From positions 31,824 through 95,823 of the forward strand of contig DFQY01000053.1 in assembly GCA_002378005.1 (NCBI GenBank): a DNA stretch of 64,000 nucleotides, given 5' to 3'. Under the pieces are notes generated by a model. It was not told the DNA's origin. It did not search any database and saw only the letters and a program-made list of their open reading frames with translations. The position numbers and the translations under genes are program-made. The number at the start of each line of letters is the position of its first letter. Positions within the stretch are counted from its first letter, which is position 1. Origin of the DNA: Flavobacteriales bacterium UBA3477. Its GTDB lineage: Bacteria > Bacteroidota > Bacteroidia > Flavobacteriales > Schleiferiaceae. Below are positions 31,455 through 39,943 of this stretch, one piece after another.

Positions 31455-32809
31455 CAGAATTGGGTATTAAAAGGAATATTAAAGGTCATGCCTAATTGCC
31501 ATCCGTAGGTCGGAAATGCCTGAGAAGAATACAGGTTATAAATGCCGCGACCTGTTACATCCCAATAATCATTTAGAGGAATTTCAAACCCCGCATTGAC
31601 AAAAGCTAGCGCAGCTGCCCCCCACAAGTTAATACCTCCGCCTGCTCCTGCACCTACTTGCGTCTCGACAAACCAATTATTTGGCTGAAGGCGCAAGCCA
31701 AACAAACCTTCTGCATAGGCACCACGACCATCGGTATAGGCCCAGTAACTCTCTCCTCGAAGCTGAATCATGCCTTTTCTGTGCAAGCGAAAAGCTATGC
31801 CCAAATTTGAGAAACCGTCTTCGCCGAGATACGTTCTTACCGCATTTTCAATACTGAGATTCATCGGTGTGAAGCCATTCTCATTTTGAGTAGCGGTATA
31901 ATGAAAATCTATACCAGTGTGCAATCCTGTAAACCTAAAATAAAACGGTCCATCAAAGCTTTTTAATATACCTGAACTAAGGCCAATGAATTTCCCGTTA
32001 TTATGCCATTGCAACTCACCTTGGAATCCACCTAATATTCCGCCACCAGCAGGCGCTTTTCCTCCACCTCCTGTACCGGCATTGATTTCTCCGAGCAATC
32101 GGATGGGACCATAATCTCGAAAGATTCCATAGCCTCCATATACGTCCATGTAGCCACCAAGATCAGTAACAGCGGCAGTGAGGTATACGCTTTTGTAAGT
32201 GCGTTTATCAAATAATCGGCCTCCGACCCCGACAAATCCGGTATTTCTTTGGTGCTCATTCCAAGTAGAATACATCACATTCGTAAAGATTTGAGCCTGT
32301 GATACTACATACGGCTGTTTCTCAAAATTTTGGTTCAAACGAACATTCAACATAGGGCTCCACCCTTGAATAATACCTGTGCTCACATAGCTGTATTGCG
32401 CGCCTATGCCCCATTCAAAGGTGTTTGCATTATGCTGTAGAAGCAAGGCAGAGGTTAAGAATCCTCCCGAGCCATCATTGCTTTCCGCTCCACCTCCCGT
32501 AGTGAACATCAGTTTAGGGTGAAGGGACCAATTATTTCCTACATCTATCGTCGTGCCTACCTGATAACCAAACGTATAATATCCTGCCCTGGTCCCAACA
32601 GCGGCGTTGTTTAATCGTATGCCAAAATAACTTGGGCCTTCTTTCAAATGGTAATTCGCAGATGTTCCCATAAAGCCTATTGGACCCTTAGGTGCCTCAA
32701 TTACCTGGAGGTAATCAAATTCTATTGAGGTCGTTTGTGAGAAACCAGTAGAAAATTGGCCCACGAACAGAAGAATCAATAGTTTTGTCCGTATGAGATT
32801 TCGCAGCAT
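31454..32809 (-). CDS. Hypothetical exported protein, predicted outer-membrane beta-barrel with three Gly-run modules (paralogue B)
   Basis: 451 aa from the ATG at 32809 (MLRNLIRTKLLILLFVGQFSTGFSQ signal peptide). The track's 32896 start adds 29 non-signal residues. The C-terminus is ...FNIPFNTQF. The TGATG stop/start overlaps paralogue A at 31454. Confidence 0.6.
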   Translation of the reverse strand: MLRNLIRTKLLILLFVGQFSTGFSQTTSIEFDYLQVIEAPKGPIGFMGTSANYHLKEGPSYFGIRLNNAAVGTRAGYYTFGYQVGTTIDVGNNWSLHPKLMFTTGGGAESNDGSGGFLTSALLLQHNANTFEWGIGAQYSYVSTGIIQGWSPMLNVRLNQNFEKQPYVVSQAQIFTNVMYSTWNEHQRNTGFVGVGGRLFDKRTYKSVYLTAAVTDLGGYMDVYGGYGIFRDYGPIRLLGEINAGTGGGGKAPAGGGILGGFQGELQWHNNGKFIGLSSGILKSFDGPFYFRFTGLHTGIDFHYTATQNENGFTPMNLSIENAVRTYLGEDGFSNLGIAFRLHRKGMIQLRGESYWAYTDGRGAYAEGLFGLRLQPNNWFVETQVGAGAGGGINLWGAAALAFVNAGFEIPLNDYWDVTGRGIYNLYSSQAFPTYGWQLGMTFNIPFNTQF

Positions 32810-33212
32810 TATTTGGGTATTGGTGGTCATTTTGGTCACAAGCATTAAAGTTAATGCGCAAGAGGCCAAGGATTCTACTGTTGTGGAAGAAATCATTGTT
32901 TACTCCACCCGAGGGATTAATCCATCGGGAGCACGCTACCACATTGACGGTTGCCGCTATCTCAAGAACGGCCAAATCAAAGTCGATGAACGACAAGCCC
33001 TCGAACGCGGGCTCCTGCCCTGTTCTGTTTGCTTACCGGAGCGACCGAAAGACTTGCCGTATTTGCGTACCGAAAAAGAAAACGGCCCGAAGAAGGTCTA
33101 CCGCAAATGCGTTTTTAAAACTAAGAATGGTTCAAAATGCGACCGCCCTGCTCAAAAGGACGGACGCTATTGTGAGCTGCACGAATCTAGGGAAAAAGTC
33201 AAACGAAAATAA
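32793..33212 (+). CDS. Small exported basic protein with two Cys/His knuckle motifs (Ada-/sunset-like YH-x3-C...PC-x2-C plus C-x9-C-x10-C-x2-H)
   Basis: 139 aa with signal peptide MRFRSIIWVLVVILVTSIKVNA|QE. It contains YHIDGCRYLKNGQIKVDERQALERGLLPCSVC and CVFKTKNGSKCDRPAQKDGRYCELH, ends just before a good terminator, and has a Lys/Arg-rich tail. Confidence 0.55.
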   Translation: MRFRSIIWVLVVILVTSIKVNAQEAKDSTVVEEIIVYSTRGINPSGARYHIDGCRYLKNGQIKVDERQALERGLLPCSVCLPERPKDLPYLRTEKENGPKKVYRKCVFKTKNGSKCDRPAQKDGRYCELHESREKVKRK

Positions 33213-33221
33213 AAGGCACAA

Positions 33222-33258
33222 AAAAGCCCTGAGAGCGATGCTCTCGGGGCTTTAATTT
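33222..33258. terminator. Rho-independent (probably bidirectional) terminator
   Basis: Stem AAGCCCTGAGAGC / GCTCTCGGGGCTT (one G:T pair) with a short loop, flanked by an A-run upstream and TTTAATTTT downstream. It lies between the 139-aa gene and the 3' end of tRNA-Asp. Confidence 0.6.
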
Positions 33259-33261
33259 TGT

Positions 33262-33338
33262 TGGCGATCCGGACGAGACTCGAACTCGCGACCCCAAGCG
33301 TGACAGGCTTGTATTCTAACCAACTGAACTACCGGACC
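33262..33338 (-). tRNA. tRNA-Asp (anticodon GTC), CCA encoded
   Basis: Reverse complement: GGTCCGGTAGTTCAGTTGGTTAGAATACAAGCCTGTCACGCTTGGGGTCGCGAGTTCGAGTCTCGTCCGGATCGCCA. I folded it by hand: 7-bp acceptor stem, D arm, anticodon loop CTGTCAC, T loop TTCGAGT. Confidence 0.95.
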
Positions 33339-33357
33339 AGTTTTCCATTGTGGTGTG

Positions 33358-33388
33358 CAAATGTAAAATGGAATTTCAATCTATCAAG
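33358..33388 (-). promoter_or_regulatory. Candidate Bacteroidota sigma-A promoter for tRNA-Asp
   Basis: On the minus strand: cTTG (33388..33385), a 19-nt spacer, then TACATTTG (33365..33358), an exact TAnnTTTG. The -7 box ends 19 nt upstream of the mature tRNA 5' end. Confidence 0.4.
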
Positions 33389-33440
33389 GGTTAGAGTAAA
33401 AAAAGTGAAATATTTTTCGTGTGAGCTTTTAGCTTAGGCC

Positions 33441-33472
33441 TTGTGGTATTTGGGGGTGATTCCGTAGGTTTG
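33441..33472 (+). promoter_or_regulatory. Candidate Bacteroidota sigma-A promoter for the hddC-gmhB fusion gene
   Basis: cTTG at 33441..33443, a 21-nt spacer, then TAGGTTTG at 33465..33472 (exact TAnnTTTG), 20 nt upstream of the ATG at 33492. Confidence 0.35.
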
Positions 33473-33491
33473 GCCTAAACTATTGTTGATC

Positions 33492-34787
33492 ATGCAGACA
33501 GCCGTAATCCTTGCTGGAGGAAAAGGAACAAGATTGGCCTCGGTGAGAAAGGATATTCCGAAACCGTTGATGCCCGTATTGGACAAACCCTTACTCCAGT
33601 ATCAAATAGAATTATTGGTCGAGCACGGGTTTACTAAGGTTTGGCTCATTGTTGGGCATTTACACGAGCAAATCCAGGAGTATTTTGAAGATGGATCGCG
33701 ATTTGGCATTGATATTCGGTACTATATCGAGGACGTGCCTCTAGGTACAGTGGGCGGTGTAAAAGCGCTCGAAGCTCACTTGACGGAACCATTCTTGGTG
33801 TTGTACGGAGATGTAATGATGAATATGGATCTAGAAAAATTAGTCCTATTCCATCAACATAAAGGGGCCGATGCCACATTGGTGGTACATCCTAACGATC
33901 ATCCTTACGACAGCGATTTATTGGACGTCGACGGTCAAGACCAGGTTACTGCCTTCTATCCAAAACCACATCCCGAAAATTTGCGCTATAGGAATTTGGT
34001 GAATGCGGCTGCCTATGTGTTCAATCCATCGGTACTCACAAAGCTAGAAGCTGGTGTGAAAGCGGATTTTGGAAAGGACATTTTCCCTTGGCTATACAAA
34101 AAACTGAAAGTTTATGCCTACAACACTCCTGAATATTTGAAGGATATGGGGACTCCGGACCGATTATCTAAGGTCGAGCAGGCCATATCTTCCGGCAAGG
34201 CGGCCCAACGAAACTTAAAAAACCTTCAACGCTGTATTTTCTTAGATCGTGACGGTGTCATCAACATCGATACTGATTTAATTCACAGGGCCGAAGATTT
34301 TGAACATTACCCCTTTGCTGGTGAGAGTATTCGAAAGATCAATAAGATGGGGTTTTTAGCCATTGTAGTCACTAATCAAAGTGTATTGGCCCGTGGCATG
34401 TGCTCTGTGTCGGATTTGGATGAGATTCATAAGAAGATGGAAACAGAATTAGGCCATCAAGGTGCATACGTCGAAGCCATTTACTATTGCCCGCACCATC
34501 CACACGGCGGTTTCCCCGAGGAAGTTCCCGAACTAAAAATAGATTGTCATTGCCGCAAACCCAAGCCCGGAATGCTCTTGGATGCTGCGAAGCGTTTTAA
34601 CATTGACCTATCACAGAGTTATCTTATTGGCGATAGTCCTAGAGATATTGAGGCCGGCAAAAATGCGGGTGTAACAACTATTCGTGTGAAAACTGGGCAT
34701 GGTATGAAGCCAAGTGCGACAGCACCGGATCACTACGTGCAGGATTTAGCTGCGGCCGTGGCGTTGATCGAATCGCTTGAGAAATAG
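33492..34787 (+). CDS. Bifunctional sugar-1-phosphate nucleotidyltransferase (HddC/mannose-1-P guanylyltransferase-like) fused to D,D-heptose 1,7-bisphosphate phosphatase (GmhB, HAD-IIIA)
   Basis: The N-terminal half has AVILAGGKGTRL. The C-terminal half has the HAD motifs FLDRDGVIN, VVTNQS and IGDSPRDIEAG plus the GmhB Zn-loop CHCRKPKPGM. I use the ATG at 33492; the track starts at the TTG at 33483. Confidence 0.75.
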   Translation: MQTAVILAGGKGTRLASVRKDIPKPLMPVLDKPLLQYQIELLVEHGFTKVWLIVGHLHEQIQEYFEDGSRFGIDIRYYIEDVPLGTVGGVKALEAHLTEPFLVLYGDVMMNMDLEKLVLFHQHKGADATLVVHPNDHPYDSDLLDVDGQDQVTAFYPKPHPENLRYRNLVNAAAYVFNPSVLTKLEAGVKADFGKDIFPWLYKKLKVYAYNTPEYLKDMGTPDRLSKVEQAISSGKAAQRNLKNLQRCIFLDRDGVINIDTDLIHRAEDFEHYPFAGESIRKINKMGFLAIVVTNQSVLARGMCSVSDLDEIHKKMETELGHQGAYVEAIYYCPHHPHGGFPEEVPELKIDCHCRKPKPGMLLDAAKRFNIDLSQSYLIGDSPRDIEAGKNAGVTTIRVKTGHGMKPSATAPDHYVQDLAAAVALIESLEK

Positions 34788-34788
34788 A

Positions 34789-37700
34789 TTACTTTCCGTC
34801 GAAGTCTTTGCGGTATTGAATCCCAACGCCTTGGGTGTACGGGCCTGTATTCTGAAGTAGCGGATCGTTTCTATTACTTCTATTGAAAGCGCGTAGTACC
34901 GTACGACCGTCTTTGGTCAGCTCATATTCTATCTGTGTATCGCCGAGCAATAACGTAGAAGACCCATCAGAGGCAATAGGTACGTCTAAAGAGGAATTGA
35001 TGCGCAACCTGCCTTCCATGAAGTCCTTGCTCACTCCAAGACGAATCTCATCACCACTTTGTACCAAGGAATTATACGGGTTGTTTCCGGTAGTATAGTC
35101 CAATTCTACGTCCACATAGGATCCCAACCCTGCTGCTATCCAAGTCCCAAATTGGCTTACCAAAACCTCCGAGGTAGAACGGGTAAAAGACTCACTCAGA
35201 TTAATTCCTTCTTGTACTCCCAAGTTCTGACGGTAGAAGTCACCTAGCATCAGTAATGAAAATGCTTGGTAATTCATCGCATCGGCGGTGAGTATACGAC
35301 GTTCCAATTCTTGTTGGTAAGAAGACGGGCTATTAGGCAAGACGATATCAAAACCTATTTCTGGCTGCATTAACGAACCGGTCAGGGTGATAATCAAATC
35401 TACATCTACGTTCTCGTTAGAATAGTTTGCATTTGTCACTAACCCTTTTAAATCCGTATTTACCGAATATTTAGCTTGGAGATTCACCTCTGCACCATAT
35501 AAATCGCCTGACCATAAAATGGTACCGCCAGGGATCAACTCAAAGGGCTTGTTAATGATTCCCTGCAAGGTGAATAGATAATCTCCCGAAGCTATGGTAT
35601 ACAGTCCGTACAACTCAAACGATTCATCTTCCAAGATTTTAACGCGCATATTTCCCGTCCCTCTTGACGAAATAATATCGCCCATCACCTCGTCCAAAAT
35701 GAGTTCAACTAGTGCATCGGGCAGCACTTCTAATTCCATATCTGTGGTGAAGTACTCCAGAGATTTGGACTTGGAAGTATCTACGGGAGCCCGAAACTCA
35801 TTGGAAACGAATCGCAAAAAAGAAGGGGTCTCCACTTCAGTGGGATTATCTAATGGAATCTTCAAGATCGATCCTTTTTTAGTGGTGGCATTTAGGCCCA
35901 AGTGTATTTGCTCCACCGGGCCTTCTACGACAAGATCCCCATCGACTATTCCTGTACCATAGAAATACGAATCATATGCCCTATTCAACTGCATCCCAAG
36001 GGCACTATCAGCCGTGAGATGAACATCAAAGTCTAGCGTTGAAAAGCGATTATGTTCAATTCCTCCCCAAGTCAATGCCGCTGTGCTGTTGGTACCGTCC
36101 GTCCAATACCCCGAGTCCAATTCTATGCGTTGTTCTTTCAAACCAAAATCTAAGCTAGACGCGGATAATGACGTACCAGTGATCGGGATATTGAACGAAG
36201 GATTCAATAGCGAAAATTCCCCATCAGCTTCCCAATTCTCCACGGGGCCAGTTACGCGAGCGCTCCCGTTCAAAACCCCAGCGGTTTCAGTCAGTACCCC
36301 ACCTAGTAAAGGTTCGAAGGGGTGAATATCTAGTTGGTCCACCACCACAACCATGTCCAAATCATCAATGCTTGGATTATAGTGACCGGATATTCTTGCT
36401 TTTGTCGCTCCAGGCTGCAAAAGTGTGCCGTTCAAGAAAATATCATTATCAGCTGTAGACCATTGTAAAGTGCTGTTAAAATTACCCAGTAACTCTCTGT
36501 TTAACTGCACATTAGACCATTGCAAAGAACCCGACCCTTGTAGATTTGGCAAGTATGAATCGATACGAAGTATGGCATCTAATCGACCATCGAACTGCAT
36601 TTGTGGTTCACGATACCAATAGTTCAGCCAATTTGCATTGATGTTAGACAATGAAAGACGCAATGGATTTGTGGCCAATTCTCCCAAACCTCCGGTCAAT
36701 CTTATGGTTCCCAAGGTGCCTTTCAGCATTAAACTATCGGAATCAAAACTGGTGCTATTCCATAAGATTGGTGATGCACCTACCAACGATGCGTGATGAG
36801 CTCCCATTTGAAGTTCTAACACATTGGGGGTAAATGAGCCCTTCTTGTACTGTACCCCAGCCAAGAGACTCGTCGGTACACTATCCCTAACATGAGCAGC
36901 AGCAGTAAATTCTTGAAACTCTGTATGTGAATCCCAACTCAATACTACACTGTCCAAGGGTGTGGAAATACCATCAACCGTTCCAGCCTTGAGCATGGAT
37001 TGAATTCCACGGCCTTCTTTTGTTCCCTCCCCTTGAATGGCAAAAGCTTCTACCCCGTTATAATTCAAATGAGGAACGTTCAAGCTATAATTCCAAGTTG
37101 AGGACGAACCATTAAAATTGGCCACCATATACCCTCCCTCTGGAAGAATTACTCCTAGGTGCAGCAACTGGCTCAACCAATCAATAGTACTAGCTTCAAA
37201 AGCAAACTTCGCATTTACTTTGTTGGCCACCTTCGGACCGCCGGCTAAATCATTAAAAAGTACGCCGGGTATTGCCCTCAAGCCATTCCAATCAAAAATA
37301 CCTTCAATGTAGCCTTGCATAACATCACTACTCACGCCTATCCGTCTGCCAGTCCCTTGTTTTTCGTGTACAACATCAAACGCATTGATGAAAACGACAT
37401 CTGTTGGGCGTTGCAGCAAGATGTCCTGTGCACTAAAGAACCCTGTTAAATCTTCTTTCAGCAACCCTGCCATTCGGGCACTTAAGATCTGTCCTGTATC
37501 TAAGGGGTCCAGCAATTCAAGCCCTAAGGCATTGATATTGGATTGTACTTTAAAAGTTCCTTGTTCTGCGACAAGTGAACCGTCGATATCCATCAGGCTA
37601 TCCAGACAAGACAACCATATGGAATCCTTAGTTGTTAGATGTTGCCAATTAAAACTCAAGCCTCTGACGGAATAATCATCAAACATCATTATCGGTGCTA

Positions 37701-38892
37701 ACCCCACCACTTGTGTGCCTTGATCTGTAATGAGCGCTTCTAGGTTAGGTTTAATGGCCGCCTTCACAGAGCCTCCGCTAAGTGGTCCTTGAGTAAAGTT
37801 GGGGAGATTTAGCTCCAATCGAGCAACATCCTTCCATTCTTTTGACCAAATTCTAACGGTATTCATTCCCTTACTTGCCCCGAGATCATAGGCTAACGTA
37901 CCTGATTCCAGTGATCCTTGAATCGAATATTGTAGATCAGCGGCCTGCATCGCAGGTACGGTCAACCATTGAGACAGCATAGTACTGTCATAAGCTTCCT
38001 GGTACAAGTGCAGGTTTCCTTTCAAATTGTACCGAGGGTTGTTGAGCTGCGCAATAGCTGTACCGGTGAAGTATTGATGATAGAATTGGGCCGTAGTAAT
38101 AATAGAATCGAAAGATGGTCCAGAAATTTCCAGATCTAGTGCTACATCTCGTATAAACCCGCCCCATTCCGCCGGAATTTGTGACAATTTGAAATCTTGC
38201 GTGGTACTTACCCTGGCATCACAACGTATACTTTTCTCATCCCATTGAACATCACAAAGTACCGTTGCACCTAGGTTAATGTTTGCATCCATTTTAAATG
38301 CATTGATTTTGCCGAGGTTGAGTTGGGTGATATGAACATTCGTTTCAATGGTGTCCCATGTTAGAGCACCACTCAGGGCTTGACACGCTACACCTTCGGA
38401 AAACGATACTTTCGAAGTCAATAGATCTCCTCGAATATGTTGTTCATTCGGCAGTTCTACTTCGAAAAATTGAATGATGTTGTTGGCTATAGCAAGAGGA
38501 AAGCCTTCAGTCGGCGTGTCCGAGGGTAATCCACGAAGCCACTCTGAAAACAATGCCGTATCACTTGCATCGATGCTGACCGTATCGCAAGAAATGGATG
38601 CTACGTCTACCATTCCTTGTCTCCAGCGTACATCAGCGATACTCACTCCTTTGAGTGTGGCAATAGTTTTTTGATGAAGTCGTAGGTCCAATTTTGCCAT
38701 CGTAAATTCCCCATCCGCATAATCCATCCCTGAAAAATCCGTACTCACACCCATATTTTCTAATGCGGGTGAAGCGTAGCTTTTATAAAGAAAGTGCTGA
38801 ACGGATTTTGAATGAAGGACGAGCCAAAATGCTAAGCAACCGGCCCCTAGTAGTAATCCTAAACCAATTCCCAATCTACGGGTGGTTCTCAT
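34789..38892 (-). CDS. TamB-like translocation and assembly module protein (DUF490-type giant beta-rich envelope protein)
   Basis: About 1367 aa with an N-terminal membrane anchor (MRTTRRLGIGLGLLLGAGCLAFWLVL from the ATG at 38892; the track's start is 38925) and a long beta-rich body. The divergent pairing with tsaD is recalled from other Flavobacteriia. Confidence 0.68.
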   Translation of the reverse strand: MRTTRRLGIGLGLLLGAGCLAFWLVLHSKSVQHFLYKSYASPALENMGVSTDFSGMDYADGEFTMAKLDLRLHQKTIATLKGVSIADVRWRQGMVDVASISCDTVSIDASDTALFSEWLRGLPSDTPTEGFPLAIANNIIQFFEVELPNEQHIRGDLLTSKVSFSEGVACQALSGALTWDTIETNVHITQLNLGKINAFKMDANINLGATVLCDVQWDEKSIRCDARVSTTQDFKLSQIPAEWGGFIRDVALDLEISGPSFDSIITTAQFYHQYFTGTAIAQLNNPRYNLKGNLHLYQEAYDSTMLSQWLTVPAMQAADLQYSIQGSLESGTLAYDLGASKGMNTVRIWSKEWKDVARLELNLPNFTQGPLSGGSVKAAIKPNLEALITDQGTQVVGLAPIMMFDDYSVRGLSFNWQHLTTKDSIWLSCLDSLMDIDGSLVAEQGTFKVQSNINALGLELLDPLDTGQILSARMAGLLKEDLTGFFSAQDILLQRPTDVVFINAFDVVHEKQGTGRRIGVSSDVMQGYIEGIFDWNGLRAIPGVLFNDLAGGPKVANKVNAKFAFEASTIDWLSQLLHLGVILPEGGYMVANFNGSSSTWNYSLNVPHLNYNGVEAFAIQGEGTKEGRGIQSMLKAGTVDGISTPLDSVVLSWDSHTEFQEFTAAAHVRDSVPTSLLAGVQYKKGSFTPNVLELQMGAHHASLVGASPILWNSTSFDSDSLMLKGTLGTIRLTGGLGELATNPLRLSLSNINANWLNYWYREPQMQFDGRLDAILRIDSYLPNLQGSGSLQWSNVQLNRELLGNFNSTLQWSTADNDIFLNGTLLQPGATKARISGHYNPSIDDLDMVVVVDQLDIHPFEPLLGGVLTETAGVLNGSARVTGPVENWEADGEFSLLNPSFNIPITGTSLSASSLDFGLKEQRIELDSGYWTDGTNSTAALTWGGIEHNRFSTLDFDVHLTADSALGMQLNRAYDSYFYGTGIVDGDLVVEGPVEQIHLGLNATTKKGSILKIPLDNPTEVETPSFLRFVSNEFRAPVDTSKSKSLEYFTTDMELEVLPDALVELILDEVMGDIISSRGTGNMRVKILEDESFELYGLYTIASGDYLFTLQGIINKPFELIPGGTILWSGDLYGAEVNLQAKYSVNTDLKGLVTNANYSNENVDVDLIITLTGSLMQPEIGFDIVLPNSPSSYQQELERRILTADAMNYQAFSLLMLGDFYRQNLGVQEGINLSESFTRSTSEVLVSQFGTWIAAGLGSYVDVELDYTTGNNPYNSLVQSGDEIRLGVSKDFMEGRLRINSSLDVPIASDGSSTLLLGDTQIEYELTKDGRTVLRAFNRSNRNDPLLQNTGPYTQGVGIQYRKDFDGK

Positions 38893-38923
38893 GGCGGTAC
38901 TTTGATGTATTTTTGGGGCATTC

Positions 38924-39943
38924 ATGAAGCAACAACCTTATATTCTAGCTATTGAAAGCTCTTGCGACGACACCAGTGCTGCTGTATTGCATGGCAACGC
39001 GCTGTTGTCCAACATTGTCGCTTCCCAAAAGGTGCATGAAGAATACGGCGGAGTCGTACCAGAATTGGCCTCTAGAGCGCATCAACAAAATATTGTACCC
39101 ACGGTAAATCATGCGTTAAAGGTAGCAAATATCGAGCCCCAAGATTTAGACGCCATCGCATTTACCAACGGCCCTGGACTTATGGGATCCTTGCTTGTAG
39201 GCACCTCATTTGCTAAGAGTATAAGTTTCGCACTTGATATTCCGCTCATCCCGGTGCATCACATGCATGCCCATATTCTGGCCCACCTCATTAAAGGAGC
39301 TCACGAAAAGCCCATTATCTTTCCTTTCCTGTGCCTCACTGTCAGTGGGGGGCATACCCAATTAGTCAAGGTGGAAGGACCTAAACAAATGACAGTTTTA
39401 GGAGAAACTATTGATGACGCTGTCGGTGAAGCCTTTGATAAGGCGGCTAAGATACTAGGGCTTCCCTATCCTGGTGGACCAATGATCGATAAGCTTGCCG
39501 CTGAGGGCAATGCTGAATTCCTGACTTTCGCAAAGCCAAATTTACCAAAGTACGATTTTAGCTTTTCTGGTTTGAAAACAAGTTTCCTCTATACCCTGCA
39601 GCAAAAGGTAAAGGATCATCCAAATTTTGTAGCTGAACACCTCAATGATATCTGTGCCAGTTACCAAAAAGCATTGATTGACGCACTGATGCGAAAGGTT
39701 AAAAAAGCAGCTAAGGATACTGGTATTCAGAACTTTGCGATTGCGGGTGGTGTAAGCGCTAATAGTGCATTGCGCAAAGAATTAAAAACCTGGGGAGCAA
39801 AGCATAAGTTATCTATTTTCGTGCCCCCGTTTGAGTATACTACAGACAATGCTGCCATGATTGGTATTGCTGGATACTACAACTATTTGGCCGGTGAAAA
39901 TGCGCCTTTGAGCACCGGAGCACGAGCGAAAATTAAATTTTAG
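38924..39943 (+). CDS. tsaD: tRNA N6-adenosine threonylcarbamoyltransferase
   Basis: 339 aa with ILAIESSCDDTSAAV and His metal-site motifs (VHHMHAHI). Confidence 0.95.
   Translation: MKQQPYILAIESSCDDTSAAVLHGNALLSNIVASQKVHEEYGGVVPELASRAHQQNIVPTVNHALKVANIEPQDLDAIAFTNGPGLMGSLLVGTSFAKSISFALDIPLIPVHHMHAHILAHLIKGAHEKPIIFPFLCLTVSGGHTQLVKVEGPKQMTVLGETIDDAVGEAFDKAAKILGLPYPGGPMIDKLAAEGNAEFLTFAKPNLPKYDFSFSGLKTSFLYTLQQKVKDHPNFVAEHLNDICASYQKALIDALMRKVKKAAKDTGIQNFAIAGGVSANSALRKELKTWGAKHKLSIFVPPFEYTTDNAAMIGIAGYYNYLAGENAPLSTGARAKIKF

Noticed and set aside
32854-33255. Alternative 133-aa plus-strand frame overlapping the 139-aa Cys-knuckle ORF
   Set aside because: It has no signal peptide or motif, and it reads through the terminator hairpin at 33222..33258. 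The 32793 frame has a signal peptide, ordered Cys/His spacing and a stop just before the terminator.
35594-38674. Series of 60-122 aa plus-strand ORFs inside the TamB-like gene (e.g. 35594..35962, 37385..37675)
   Set aside because: They are scattered antisense frames within a continuous 4.1-kb ORF. All are Ser/Pro-rich and none has a start context or a motif.
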